A stretch of 64,000 nucleotides of DNA. It comes from Pseudomonadota bacterium. Its GTDB lineage: Bacteria; Pseudomonadota; Gammaproteobacteria; Steroidobacterales; Woeseiaceae. Positions 47,522-56,310 of the stretch are shown here, piece by piece (the stretch's first letter is position 1; every line of letters starts with the position of its first letter). Both the position numbers and the translations under genes were made by a program. The notes beneath the pieces were generated by a model, which worked only from the letters and a program-made list of their open reading frames with translations, was not told where the DNA came from and made no database searches. The DNA is taken from NCBI GenBank assembly GCA_038531945.1, contig JBCBBH010000001.1, positions 147,456-211,455 of the forward strand. The letters run 5' to 3'.

Positions 47522-48469
47522 ATGATGAACTCCTCCGCGTTGTTGGCAGAAATGCCGGATATTGCAGCCAGACAACATTTGCATCCACAAGGAACACTGG
47601 ACTGGGTCGGCATGAGCAATGTGCACGTGCCGCTGCACATCTCAGATGGCGGCGACGCGCACCGGGTTGCCGCGAAAGCGCAGATCTACGTGAACCTCGA
47701 AGACCCGCAAGCCAAAGGCATTCACATGTCGAGGCTGTATTTGATGTTGGATGAAAGCGCGGCAACACACGCATTGACCCCTGCAGTTATGAGCGAACTG
47801 CTAGGCGGCATTTTGGATTCACACAACGATTTGAGTTCGCGTGCGTTCATTCAGTTTGATTTTGAACACCTGCTTCGCCGCCCGGCGCTGTTGTCCGACA
47901 ACTCAGGCTGGAACAACTATCCCGTCAAGTTGAAAGGCACGTTCATCGATGGCGAGCTTCGTCTCGAATTGGGCGTGACGGTGCAGTACTCATCGACCTG
48001 CCCTTGCTCTGCCGCGCTGTCACGGCAGATCATCCAGTCGCAATTCGATAAGGACTTCGCCGGCAAGGCAACAGTCTCGGCGGCGGATGTACGCGCTTGG
48101 CTCGGCACCGAAGAAGGCATCGCGGCCACGCCGCATTCGCAACGCAGCGAAGTGCACATTCTGACGCGGCTTGAAGCCGGTGCCGATGAGTTTCCGATCA
48201 CGGATTTGATCAACCAGATCGAAGACACTTTGCAAACGGCGGTACAAACTGCCGTGAAGCGGGAAGACGAGCAGGAATTCGCACGTCGTAATGCCGCGAA
48301 TTTGATGTTCTGCGAGGACGCCGGCCGCCGCGTGCAGAAGGCACTGAACAACGATGGGCGTTTCGCAGACTTCTGGGTACGCGTCGAGCATATGGAAAGC
48401 TTGCACCCGCATGACGCGGTCAGCATCGTGACCAAGGGTGTTGAGAACGGCTACTTGCCTATTCCGTAA
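47522..48469 (+). CDS. folE2: GTP cyclohydrolase FolE2 (type IB / MptA family)
   Basis: FolE2 family signature region (HLHPQGTLDWVGMSNVHVPL...GIHMSRLY). Start re-set to ATG 47522 with an AAGGA RBS. Confidence 0.85.
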   Translation: MMNSSALLAEMPDIAARQHLHPQGTLDWVGMSNVHVPLHISDGGDAHRVAAKAQIYVNLEDPQAKGIHMSRLYLMLDESAATHALTPAVMSELLGGILDSHNDLSSRAFIQFDFEHLLRRPALLSDNSGWNNYPVKLKGTFIDGELRLELGVTVQYSSTCPCSAALSRQIIQSQFDKDFAGKATVSAADVRAWLGTEEGIAATPHSQRSEVHILTRLEAGADEFPITDLINQIEDTLQTAVQTAVKREDEQEFARRNAANLMFCEDAGRRVQKALNNDGRFADFWVRVEHMESLHPHDAVSIVTKGVENGYLPIP

Positions 48470-48492
48470 GCTCTCAGCATCGATCAGATCGA

Positions 48493-48529
48493 GCGGCACA
48501 CGACGTGATTCGTGTGCCGCTTTTTTTTT
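48493..48529 (+). terminator. rho-independent terminator after folE2
   Basis: GCGGCACACG...CGTGTGCCGC hairpin followed by T9. Confidence 0.7.
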
Positions 48530-48767
48530 GCGTCAGGTTTGACTGAATCCCAGAGCTCGAAACTTGTCGCGATCTCATGAAGCGCATCACGCACATTGCG
48601 ACCAGGTATCTAACTCGAAGTTAGATGTCGAATACATCGACTAAAGCGCGATCGCGTTAGGCATCGGTTGTCAGTCCTCTGCCATAAAAACGCTTTCGAA
48701 ATCGCTGCGAATGGACAGCCCAATAATCTGAAAGATATGTTATAACATTGCGCCTTTTCTGGCGTTA

Positions 48768-49919
48768 TTGCTTGCCATGACCACAAGTTTGCAAAACCAA
48801 CTGGATCCCGATTTTGTATTCGATGTGGTGGTCGTCGGAGCTGGTGCCGCGGGGATCGGGGTAGCGGTCGCGTTGAGACATGCGGGTATCGAGAAATTTA
48901 TTGTGTTGGAGCGTGATCGAGTGGGTTCCTCGTTTGCGAATTGGCCAGCGGAAACGCGCTTTATAACGCCATCCTTTCCAACCAACTCAGTGGGGATGCT
49001 CGACCTGAACTCTGTTGCGATTGGGGTATCGCCCGCCTTCAGTATGGAGGTCGAACACCCAACTGGACCGCACTACGCAGAGCACCTCGGGGCAGTAGCT
49101 GACCATTTTGATTTACCGATCTATGAGCAGACGGAGGTCAACAGCGTTACACGTCAGAATGCCACTTTTGACCTCGATACGAGTGAGGGCACCTTACGAT
49201 CAAAGCATCTGATCTGGGCCGCTGGCGAGTTTCAATTTCCTCGTAAAAATGGCTTTGCTGGCGCTGAGCATTGTCGACACACAGCGACTGTCGCGAGCTA
49301 TGACGACATCGAGGGCGACGATGTCATCGTGATCGGAGGATTTGAAAGCGGGATCGATGCAGCGTATCACCTCGCCTATCGCGGCAAGCGCGTTCGCGTC
49401 TTCGATAGTCGTTGCCCGTGGGAAAGCACGAGCTCAGATCCGAGCATCACACTATCGCCATTTACTTTGGAGCGCTTCCGTGAGCCCGTATTCTCCGAGC
49501 AAGTCTCGCTATTCCCAAACACACCGGTGACTTCAGTTGAGCAAGTCAGTGATGGTTATCACGTCATCGACGGCAATGGCGCTACTCACCGCACGAGCGC
49601 GTCTCCGTTATGGGCTGGTGGCTTCGACGGCGGTCATAGTCAGATTGGAAATTTGTTCGTATCCCGCCCAGATGGCCTGCCCGAATTGAGCGAAAACGAT
49701 GAATCGACACGAACGCCAGGGCTATTTCTTTGCGGGCCTTCGGTGCGACACGATAACCATGTGTTCTGTTTTATTTACAAGTACCGACAACGTTTCGCGG
49801 TCGTTGCCAAAGCCATCGCAAACTCGCTGGACGTACCTGCAGAGGGACTGAAGGAATACCGCGTATGGGGAATGTATCTCGACGATCTCTCTTGTTGTGG
49901 AGGTGAATGTGTATGTTAA
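48768..49919 (+). CDS. FAD/NAD(P)-binding oxidoreductase (flavin monooxygenase-like)
   Basis: N-terminal dinucleotide-binding motif FDVVVVGAGAAGIGVA and a second GG motif (VIVIGGFESG). Cys-rich C-terminus. Confidence 0.7.
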   Translation: MLAMTTSLQNQLDPDFVFDVVVVGAGAAGIGVAVALRHAGIEKFIVLERDRVGSSFANWPAETRFITPSFPTNSVGMLDLNSVAIGVSPAFSMEVEHPTGPHYAEHLGAVADHFDLPIYEQTEVNSVTRQNATFDLDTSEGTLRSKHLIWAAGEFQFPRKNGFAGAEHCRHTATVASYDDIEGDDVIVIGGFESGIDAAYHLAYRGKRVRVFDSRCPWESTSSDPSITLSPFTLERFREPVFSEQVSLFPNTPVTSVEQVSDGYHVIDGNGATHRTSASPLWAGGFDGGHSQIGNLFVSRPDGLPELSENDESTRTPGLFLCGPSVRHDNHVFCFIYKYRQRFAVVAKAIANSLDVPAEGLKEYRVWGMYLDDLSCCGGECVC

Positions 49920-50248
49920 GTGTGAGACACGAAAATGAATGGACCGCGGCCGTACGACGCAAAAGACGAGCGCACATGCTGCGACCCGCTTGGCTAGGCC
50001 AAACGACCGCGAGCGCCTGCTGGATTGCCAGCATGATGCTTTACGGACTTAGCTCCGCGGGAGACTGGTTGCAGCTCACCGCTGCTTCGGCCTGGTTGTT
50101 CGCCAATCTTGCGGAGCTACTCACCGACGCTTCTACAGTTTCAGCACAACAGAGCACAGCGGTAAACCCCGACACAACCTGTATCGGTGATGAGGCGTGA
50201 GCAGTCTGGTACAGTCAGAGAAGCTTTGGTTTCAGGAGTTTTGAAGCG

Positions 50249-50464
50249 ATGATGAAGGGACCGATTCCCACGACTTACGAAGAATGGCGCCACTGCATCA
50301 CAGTGGAATGTGGCATTCCTTTGACGTCGGACTACATCGCCACGCGCCTCGGTGTATGGCGTGAAGAGAAAACCCAGGAAACTCGGCGTTTCCGCGAACT
50401 CTACGGCGATGCGTACTGGCGCACGATCATCAGCTGGTTTGAGCGGGCTGAGAAAGAGGCCTGA
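50249..50464 (+). CDS. hypothetical small protein (71 aa)
   Basis: AGGAG RBS 9 nt upstream. No known motif. Confidence 0.3.
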   Translation: MMKGPIPTTYEEWRHCITVECGIPLTSDYIATRLGVWREEKTQETRRFRELYGDAYWRTIISWFERAEKEA

Positions 50465-50652
50465 AGGCTGCCTTTACTCGAATCGGGCAAATCGCGTCGA
50501 ATCCACCCTAGCAACCTCATCGCTCAGTACCGCTTTTGTTCAGAGTAGCATCACGTATCCTTTTGCGTAGCGAGTGAGATAAAGCCTCGACTGGCGTCAC
50601 TTGTGTAGAACGCCGCACCGGCAAAGTCTCAATTACGCAAAGGGAGATTGCT

Positions 50653-52503
50653 ATGCAGAATAATGAGTCCAGGCGCCAGTCAGCTTACGATGTTCGTGTT
50701 GCTGCTGCACAAGTCGCCAGAGATCGCGTTCATCCGGAACATGTTGCGAACGGAGACGAGCAGAAGTTTCGACGAGACGATAGCGGATCGAACATACCGA
50801 GCTATCTCATCAGTTACACCAAGGGTTTGCCGCACGACCACAAAACCGGCCTCGTGCAAGACCCTGCGCACTTCAATCAATTCGTTCGCGCAATCGACAG
50901 CGGCGACCCCCGTGATTTTGTCGATACGCCACTTGGTTTTGCAGCCAACACAGGGTCTCACCACCTTAACTGCGATGGGCTACAGAAGTATTGGAAATCG
51001 CACAAAGCGAAAAAAAATAACGTCAGTATTCGCGCATGGGAGAGCCAAGGCGCGGGCAATACATTCGATCTGGAGGGGCCGGATGCACAGGCGACGTTTA
51101 TGCCACCAGCACCAGCGCTGGGCAGCGCGGAGCTGACCGCTGAAATGGGCGAGGTCTACGCCCAAGCCCTACTGCGCGATGTGCCGTTTACTGCAATGAG
51201 CCTCGGAACCAACGCGTCCGCTACTGACAAGAACCGCGTCAAGACAATGGTCGACAAACTCAACCAGTTGGACTGGTTCGCCGGCAACGTGGAACCAAAT
51301 GAATTCGAAGCCAGTCGTTTACGCGAGTCGCTGCTACCGCACACCGCGTTTCGTGGTATCACGCCTGGCGATGATGTGGGTCCGTATATTTCGCAATTCC
51401 TCTTAGCCGGCAATCGCGGTATCAACGGCAGAGATGAAGAGCGAAATCGCGCCGATGGCTTGGTGACCTACGGCGCCATCAATATAGACCAACGCGTTCG
51501 TTTCGCGTGCCCCGGTGTCGATTACATGACGACGTGGCCTGAATGGCTGGATGTACAAAACGGCGCGGATTTTCGAGGGTTGGAATCTTACGAGGACAAA
51601 CCCGCGCGTCGATTTATCACTACACCGCGCGACCTGGCTACATATGTGCACTACGACGCTTTGTACGAGGCCTACTTGAATGCGTGCTTGTTCTTGCTGG
51701 CCGAGGGTGTCCCGTTTGATCCAGGCATACCGTTCCAGGCACCGGATGCAAAAGACCACCAACAAGGATTTGCCCATTTTGGAGGGCCGCATATTTTATC
51801 CTTGGTCACCGAGGTGGCGACGCGAGCGCTGAAAGCGGTTCGTTATCAGAAGTTCAATGTGCACCGTCGCGGCCGGCCGGAATTGCTCGGTGGACGCCTG
51901 GAGAAAGCGAGCCACCTCGTTAGTGATGCACCTGAGCTAGGGGAGATGTTCGACGCGTTGCATAGCGTTGGAATTCTGGATCATGTCCGCAAGCACAATA
52001 AAAAACAAAACAAAGGAGAGAAGACCGCCGCGCTCAGAAAAGGCACGTTGCTCTTGCCAATGGCGTTCTGTGAAGGTTCGCCGATGCATCCGGCCTATGG
52101 TGCAGGTCACGCGACGGTGGCCGGCGCCTGCGTGACGATCCTAAAAGCATTTTTCGATCACAAGCGAGTATTGGAGGTCGCTAGCCCGGGTAAGGCGTTT
52201 GTGCCCAACGCGAGTGGTACAAAACTCGTAGAGGTTCCAGTGCTCAAGCCAGCGCCCACACCGACTAACCCCAATGCATCCGCACCTGGAGTTCTGACTG
52301 TCGAGGGTGAACTCAACAAACTCTGCTCAAACATTTCAATCGGCCGAGATTGGGCGGGCGTTCACTATTTCACTGACTATATCGAGTCGGTACGCATGGG
52401 TGAAGAAATCGCAATCGGCATCTTGGAGGAACAAAAGCTGACTTACGGCGAGAACTTCTCTATGACTGTCCCGCTTTTTGACGGCGGTAGCGTTCGCATC
52501 TAA
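50653..52503 (+). CDS. vanadium-dependent haloperoxidase-like / PAP2-superfamily protein
   Basis: Three acid-phosphatase/V-haloperoxidase motifs in order: K-x7-RP (KFNVHRRGRP), P-x-Y-G-A-G-H-A (SPMHPAYGAGHATVAGA), and R-x3-G-x-H-x3-D (GRDWAGVHYFTD). The 616-aa size is typical of bromoperoxidases. Confidence 0.55.
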   Translation: MQNNESRRQSAYDVRVAAAQVARDRVHPEHVANGDEQKFRRDDSGSNIPSYLISYTKGLPHDHKTGLVQDPAHFNQFVRAIDSGDPRDFVDTPLGFAANTGSHHLNCDGLQKYWKSHKAKKNNVSIRAWESQGAGNTFDLEGPDAQATFMPPAPALGSAELTAEMGEVYAQALLRDVPFTAMSLGTNASATDKNRVKTMVDKLNQLDWFAGNVEPNEFEASRLRESLLPHTAFRGITPGDDVGPYISQFLLAGNRGINGRDEERNRADGLVTYGAINIDQRVRFACPGVDYMTTWPEWLDVQNGADFRGLESYEDKPARRFITTPRDLATYVHYDALYEAYLNACLFLLAEGVPFDPGIPFQAPDAKDHQQGFAHFGGPHILSLVTEVATRALKAVRYQKFNVHRRGRPELLGGRLEKASHLVSDAPELGEMFDALHSVGILDHVRKHNKKQNKGEKTAALRKGTLLLPMAFCEGSPMHPAYGAGHATVAGACVTILKAFFDHKRVLEVASPGKAFVPNASGTKLVEVPVLKPAPTPTNPNASAPGVLTVEGELNKLCSNISIGRDWAGVHYFTDYIESVRMGEEIAIGILEEQKLTYGENFSMTVPLFDGGSVRI

Positions 52504-52712
52504 TTTGCAAAAAACTGTAGAGCTCGTTCTCGCGGAAGTGAGAGCGGGCTTTTTTGCGTAGGCGTTTGTCAACAGAGGCGCGCTGAATCGTTCGACTGCC
52601 TACCCGTCTAGTCGGTTTGGTGCTAGGTTGGGGTCTTTGAGCCGAACCAGATGGCGCCACGCCATTACACGCTGGTCTAGATGATCTATTTTGGTGAGCG
52701 ACTAGCCCGACT

Positions 52713-53882
52713 ATGCAGTCCTTTTCATTCAACACCGTACGGACAATTATCAGCGAAACGGGCGCAATTACGCAGATTGCTCGACATTGCAAAAATCTCG
52801 GTATTCGCCGCCCGATAATCGTGACCGACACTGGGATCGTGCAGCTCGGACTATTGTCGGATCTTCAAGGTCACATAAGTGCTTCAGATCTCGAGCCGAT
52901 CGTGTACAGCGACGTCGTTGCGGATCCACCGGAATCGGTCGTGCTTGAGGCCGTGGCAATCGCGCGACGGGAACACGCAGATGGCGTCATCGGTTTCGGC
53001 GGCGGTAGTTCAATGGACACGGCGAAACTCGTCGCGCTAATGGCCAATTCCGATGAAGCACTCGCAGACATCTACGGCGTTGATCAAGTTCGTGGAAAGC
53101 GTCTACCTCTCATCATGATTCCGACGACGGCCGGAACGGGCTCGGAAGTCACAGCGGTCGCTATTGTGACTACCGGTGAGACAACCAAAATGGGTGTGGT
53201 GTCTGCCGAGCTGTTTGCGGACGTCGCGCTGCTCGATGCGTCTCTGACGGTCGGTCTTCCTCCGCACATCACAGCGATGACGGGCGTGGACGCGATGGTG
53301 CATGCGGTCGAGGCATACACCAGCATTCATAAAAAAAATGCGTACACAGATATGCTGGCGACTCAGGCGCTTCGTTTGTTGGCCGCGAATATCGTGACCG
53401 CAACCCACAATGGCAACGATCTCTCTGCCCGTCAGAATATGTTGCTCGGTGCGTGCCTCGCTGGACAAGCGTTTGCGAATGCGCCAGTCGCAGCGGTGCA
53501 CGCCTTGGCTTATCCGCTCGGCGGGCACTACCACTTGCCGCATGGCTTAACGAATTCGCTGGTGTTGCCGAGTGTGCTTGCCTTTAACAGTGAGTGCTGT
53601 GCCAATTGGTATGCCGAACTTGCACCGATCTTTGTTGCAGAAAGCGAGTTAGCTTCAACCGACGACGAACGCGCCCGGCAACTCATTGACTACTTCGTGA
53701 GCCTGATTGCAGAAGTTGGTTTACCCGCTACGCTTGCCGACGCAGACGTGCCGGAGAACGATCTGGATATGCTGGCAAGAGATGCGATGGCGCAACAACG
53801 GTTGCTGATCAATAATCCCCGCCCGGTCACTGAAACTGACGCGCGAGCCATCTACCACAACGCTTACCTCGGAACCGTATGA
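52713..53882 (+). CDS. iron-containing (group III) alcohol dehydrogenase
   Basis: Fe-ADH motifs (GGGSSMDTAK and His-rich metal-site region). Confidence 0.85.
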   Translation: MQSFSFNTVRTIISETGAITQIARHCKNLGIRRPIIVTDTGIVQLGLLSDLQGHISASDLEPIVYSDVVADPPESVVLEAVAIARREHADGVIGFGGGSSMDTAKLVALMANSDEALADIYGVDQVRGKRLPLIMIPTTAGTGSEVTAVAIVTTGETTKMGVVSAELFADVALLDASLTVGLPPHITAMTGVDAMVHAVEAYTSIHKKNAYTDMLATQALRLLAANIVTATHNGNDLSARQNMLLGACLAGQAFANAPVAAVHALAYPLGGHYHLPHGLTNSLVLPSVLAFNSECCANWYAELAPIFVAESELASTDDERARQLIDYFVSLIAEVGLPATLADADVPENDLDMLARDAMAQQRLLINNPRPVTETDARAIYHNAYLGTV

Positions 53883-54331
53883 GCAACGACGAACTTGAAA
53901 GGCAGCGCGCACGCTACGGTTGGTTTGCGCCGATCACTACACGCTGGATGGACAATGACGTGTACGGCCATTTGAACAACGCTCACTACTACTCGTATTT
54001 CGATACGATCGCCAACACGTTTCTGATTCAGAAGTGCGGTCTCGATATTCACGCGGGTGAACATATGGCGTTCGCGGTGCATTCCGAATGCAACTACAAG
54101 GCGAGCCTTGCCTTTCCGGACCAGCTAGAAGGTGGCTTTCGAATCAACCATCTCGGCAACAGTTCGGTGCAGTACGGGATCGGTATCTTCAAAAAGGACG
54201 AACCGCTTGCGGCTGCATACGGCACTTTTACTCATGTGCTGGTCGAACGTAGCAACCAAAGACCGACGCGAATTCCCGACTCGATGCGTGAGCCATTGCA
54301 AACGTTGATGAAAGAGCGGTTCGACACGTAA
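53879..54331 (+). CDS. hotdog-fold acyl-CoA thioesterase (4HBT/YbgC-like)
   Basis: N-terminal WMDNDVYGHLNNAHYYSYFD is typical of 4HBT thioesterases. Overlaps the upstream stop. Confidence 0.75.
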   Translation: MSNDELERQRARYGWFAPITTRWMDNDVYGHLNNAHYYSYFDTIANTFLIQKCGLDIHAGEHMAFAVHSECNYKASLAFPDQLEGGFRINHLGNSSVQYGIGIFKKDEPLAAAYGTFTHVLVERSNQRPTRIPDSMREPLQTLMKERFDT

Positions 54332-54568
54332 GATCAAGCCGCGCGCGTCAGACTGACGTCGACTCAATTAGAAAATCGACCAGCAAGAAAGGACGCCAAT
54401 GACCTTAACCTCCTGCCCGAAAACTGGACCTACCTAAATTAGAAGCTCTGATTGATTCACGTACCCTGACGGTAGGGAAAAGTGGCAGACTCAAGAGGTC
54501 GAAATACACTGGAGAGCAGATTGCGTTTGCGAAGCGTCCTACACGAAATCCCCGATATTTAGCACGCC

Positions 54569-55252
54569 ATGGTCCTTGTTCTCATCCTCGCAATTTTCCT
54601 CGCGGCTTTGTTTCTGCCCGGTTTCTGGGTGCGTCGCGTAATGGCGCGGTATAGCAAACCTGCCGACCGCTATAGCGTTACCGGAGGGGATGCCGCTCGA
54701 CGCCTGCTCGACTTGAATGGTCTGCAAAGCGTCGGCGTCGAAGCAACAGAGTCGGGCGATCATTACTCGCCGCTTGAGAAGATGGTGCGCCTTAGCGCAG
54801 ACAATTTCTCAAGCAAATCACTGACTGCCGTCACCATCGCCGCTCACGAGGTGGGGCATGCCGTGCAAGATGCGATTGGGTATCCCGCCTTGCGTTTGCG
54901 AACACAGCTTGTGCGTTGGGTAGGTCCGATACAGAAGGTTGGCGCTGTCCTGCTGATGGGCGCACCGGTGATTATCGCGGTGACGCGGATTCCATCCGCG
55001 GGCGTGCTGATGGTACTGGGAGGGTTCCTCACGCTAGGTACCGGCGTCCTCGTGCACATGGTGACGTTGCCCACCGAGTTTGATGCGAGCTTTGGCAAGG
55101 CGCTTCCGATGCTCAGAGAGCATGACGTGTTGATTGCGGGCGACGAACGCCACGCCCGTCGCCTCCTGCGTGCCGCGGCGATGACTTACGTTTCGGCGTC
55201 GTTGATGAGCCTACTAAACATCGCGCGTTGGTGGGCCATCCTTCGCCGTTAG
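54569..55252 (+). CDS. YugP-family zinc metallopeptidase (membrane)
   Basis: N-terminal TM helix, HEVGH zinc motif, and C-terminal TM helices. Confidence 0.75.
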   Translation: MVLVLILAIFLAALFLPGFWVRRVMARYSKPADRYSVTGGDAARRLLDLNGLQSVGVEATESGDHYSPLEKMVRLSADNFSSKSLTAVTIAAHEVGHAVQDAIGYPALRLRTQLVRWVGPIQKVGAVLLMGAPVIIAVTRIPSAGVLMVLGGFLTLGTGVLVHMVTLPTEFDASFGKALPMLREHDVLIAGDERHARRLLRAAAMTYVSASLMSLLNIARWWAILRR

Positions 55253-55559
55253 CACTCGCCCTAAACCAAACCGAACAAGCGGATCTCCCAGAAGCTGTAT
55301 CTGCTGCTCAGAGCCAAGACTACCAACTGTCGTCGAGGGTGGATCCATTGACAAGACGGCAAGTGAAACACGCCGCTAGTACAACAGATATGCCCATGGA
55401 CGCGCAGCGCGCTACTTGTACAATTTATCTGATCGGCGAGGCTGTTCGCCCTCGACTCTTGTTCCAGACAAAAAACAACGCGGGGCCTTATCGCTCAGCA
55501 ATAAAAGCCCCGCGCGTAACATCGCAGTCCTACTGCCACGGCACCAATCACAAGAAACG

Positions 55560-56069
55560 CTAGGTGGTTTTGGCTTGAATGAGATGTCGAATCACGTCAA
55601 TGACTTCATTGCCAGCCTGTTCATCGATGTTTTGCCCTTCGATGATAGATCGTTTAAACGAGAAATCGCCCACCCATCCGGAGGCCTCCACCACAGCGAC
55701 AGAGAGGCTCTTGTTCAGGACGTAATAGACAATGCCTGCAAGCACGAGTACCAACGTCAGGATTTTGCTTACTGTGATGGATCCGAGCCCGGCAACGATA
55801 AGGCCTGCTGCAACCTTCCATGGTTTCCCGTAAGCAAAGTAGGCGGATGTCACCGACTTGATTGGGATGACCCTCATCTCTTTGCCTGCCAGTGATGAGT
55901 CGGTGAATTTAATCAGATCTTCTTTGATCTCAACTTCACTGACTGGGTCGATGCCGACCAGTGAGAGAAGCCACGCGATCAGACCTCCCTCTCGTCCAAC
56001 AATTTTGACAAAGTTACCTTGTTCATCAGCTTCACGCTGACAACTCCATTCTTTTATAACGAGTGCCAT
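55560..56069 (-). CDS. hypothetical membrane protein
   Basis: Two or three predicted TM helices. No known motif. Confidence 0.35.
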   Translation of the reverse strand: MALVIKEWSCQREADEQGNFVKIVGREGGLIAWLLSLVGIDPVSEVEIKEDLIKFTDSSLAGKEMRVIPIKSVTSAYFAYGKPWKVAAGLIVAGLGSITVSKILTLVLVLAGIVYYVLNKSLSVAVVEASGWVGDFSFKRSIIEGQNIDEQAGNEVIDVIRHLIQAKTT

Positions 56070-56310
56070 ACTTCACCTCCGCTTGTTGTAGTTTTTTTGT
56101 TCATCTCAACCTTTTCACCGTCGGTCTGCTAATGACCGATCTGCAGACGTATTCTTCACCTTTCTTTGTATGCTCCAATGAAGCAGAGTCTTCGCCGCGT
56201 TATCGGAAGATCAGATATCCGCGCTTCTTAACAAGTTTCATAATCAGTTGGTCGAGGTATCAATATCCGGCCACGCATCACCGCGCGGCCGGATGATCAG
56301 TACTTCACCA

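Noticed and set aside
49907-50200. 97-aa ORF overlapping the 3' end of the FAD-oxidoreductase gene
   Set aside because: It overlaps the upstream gene by 13 nt in another frame and has no RBS and no motif. It is hydrophobic but more likely a frame artefact, so I do not list it as a feature.
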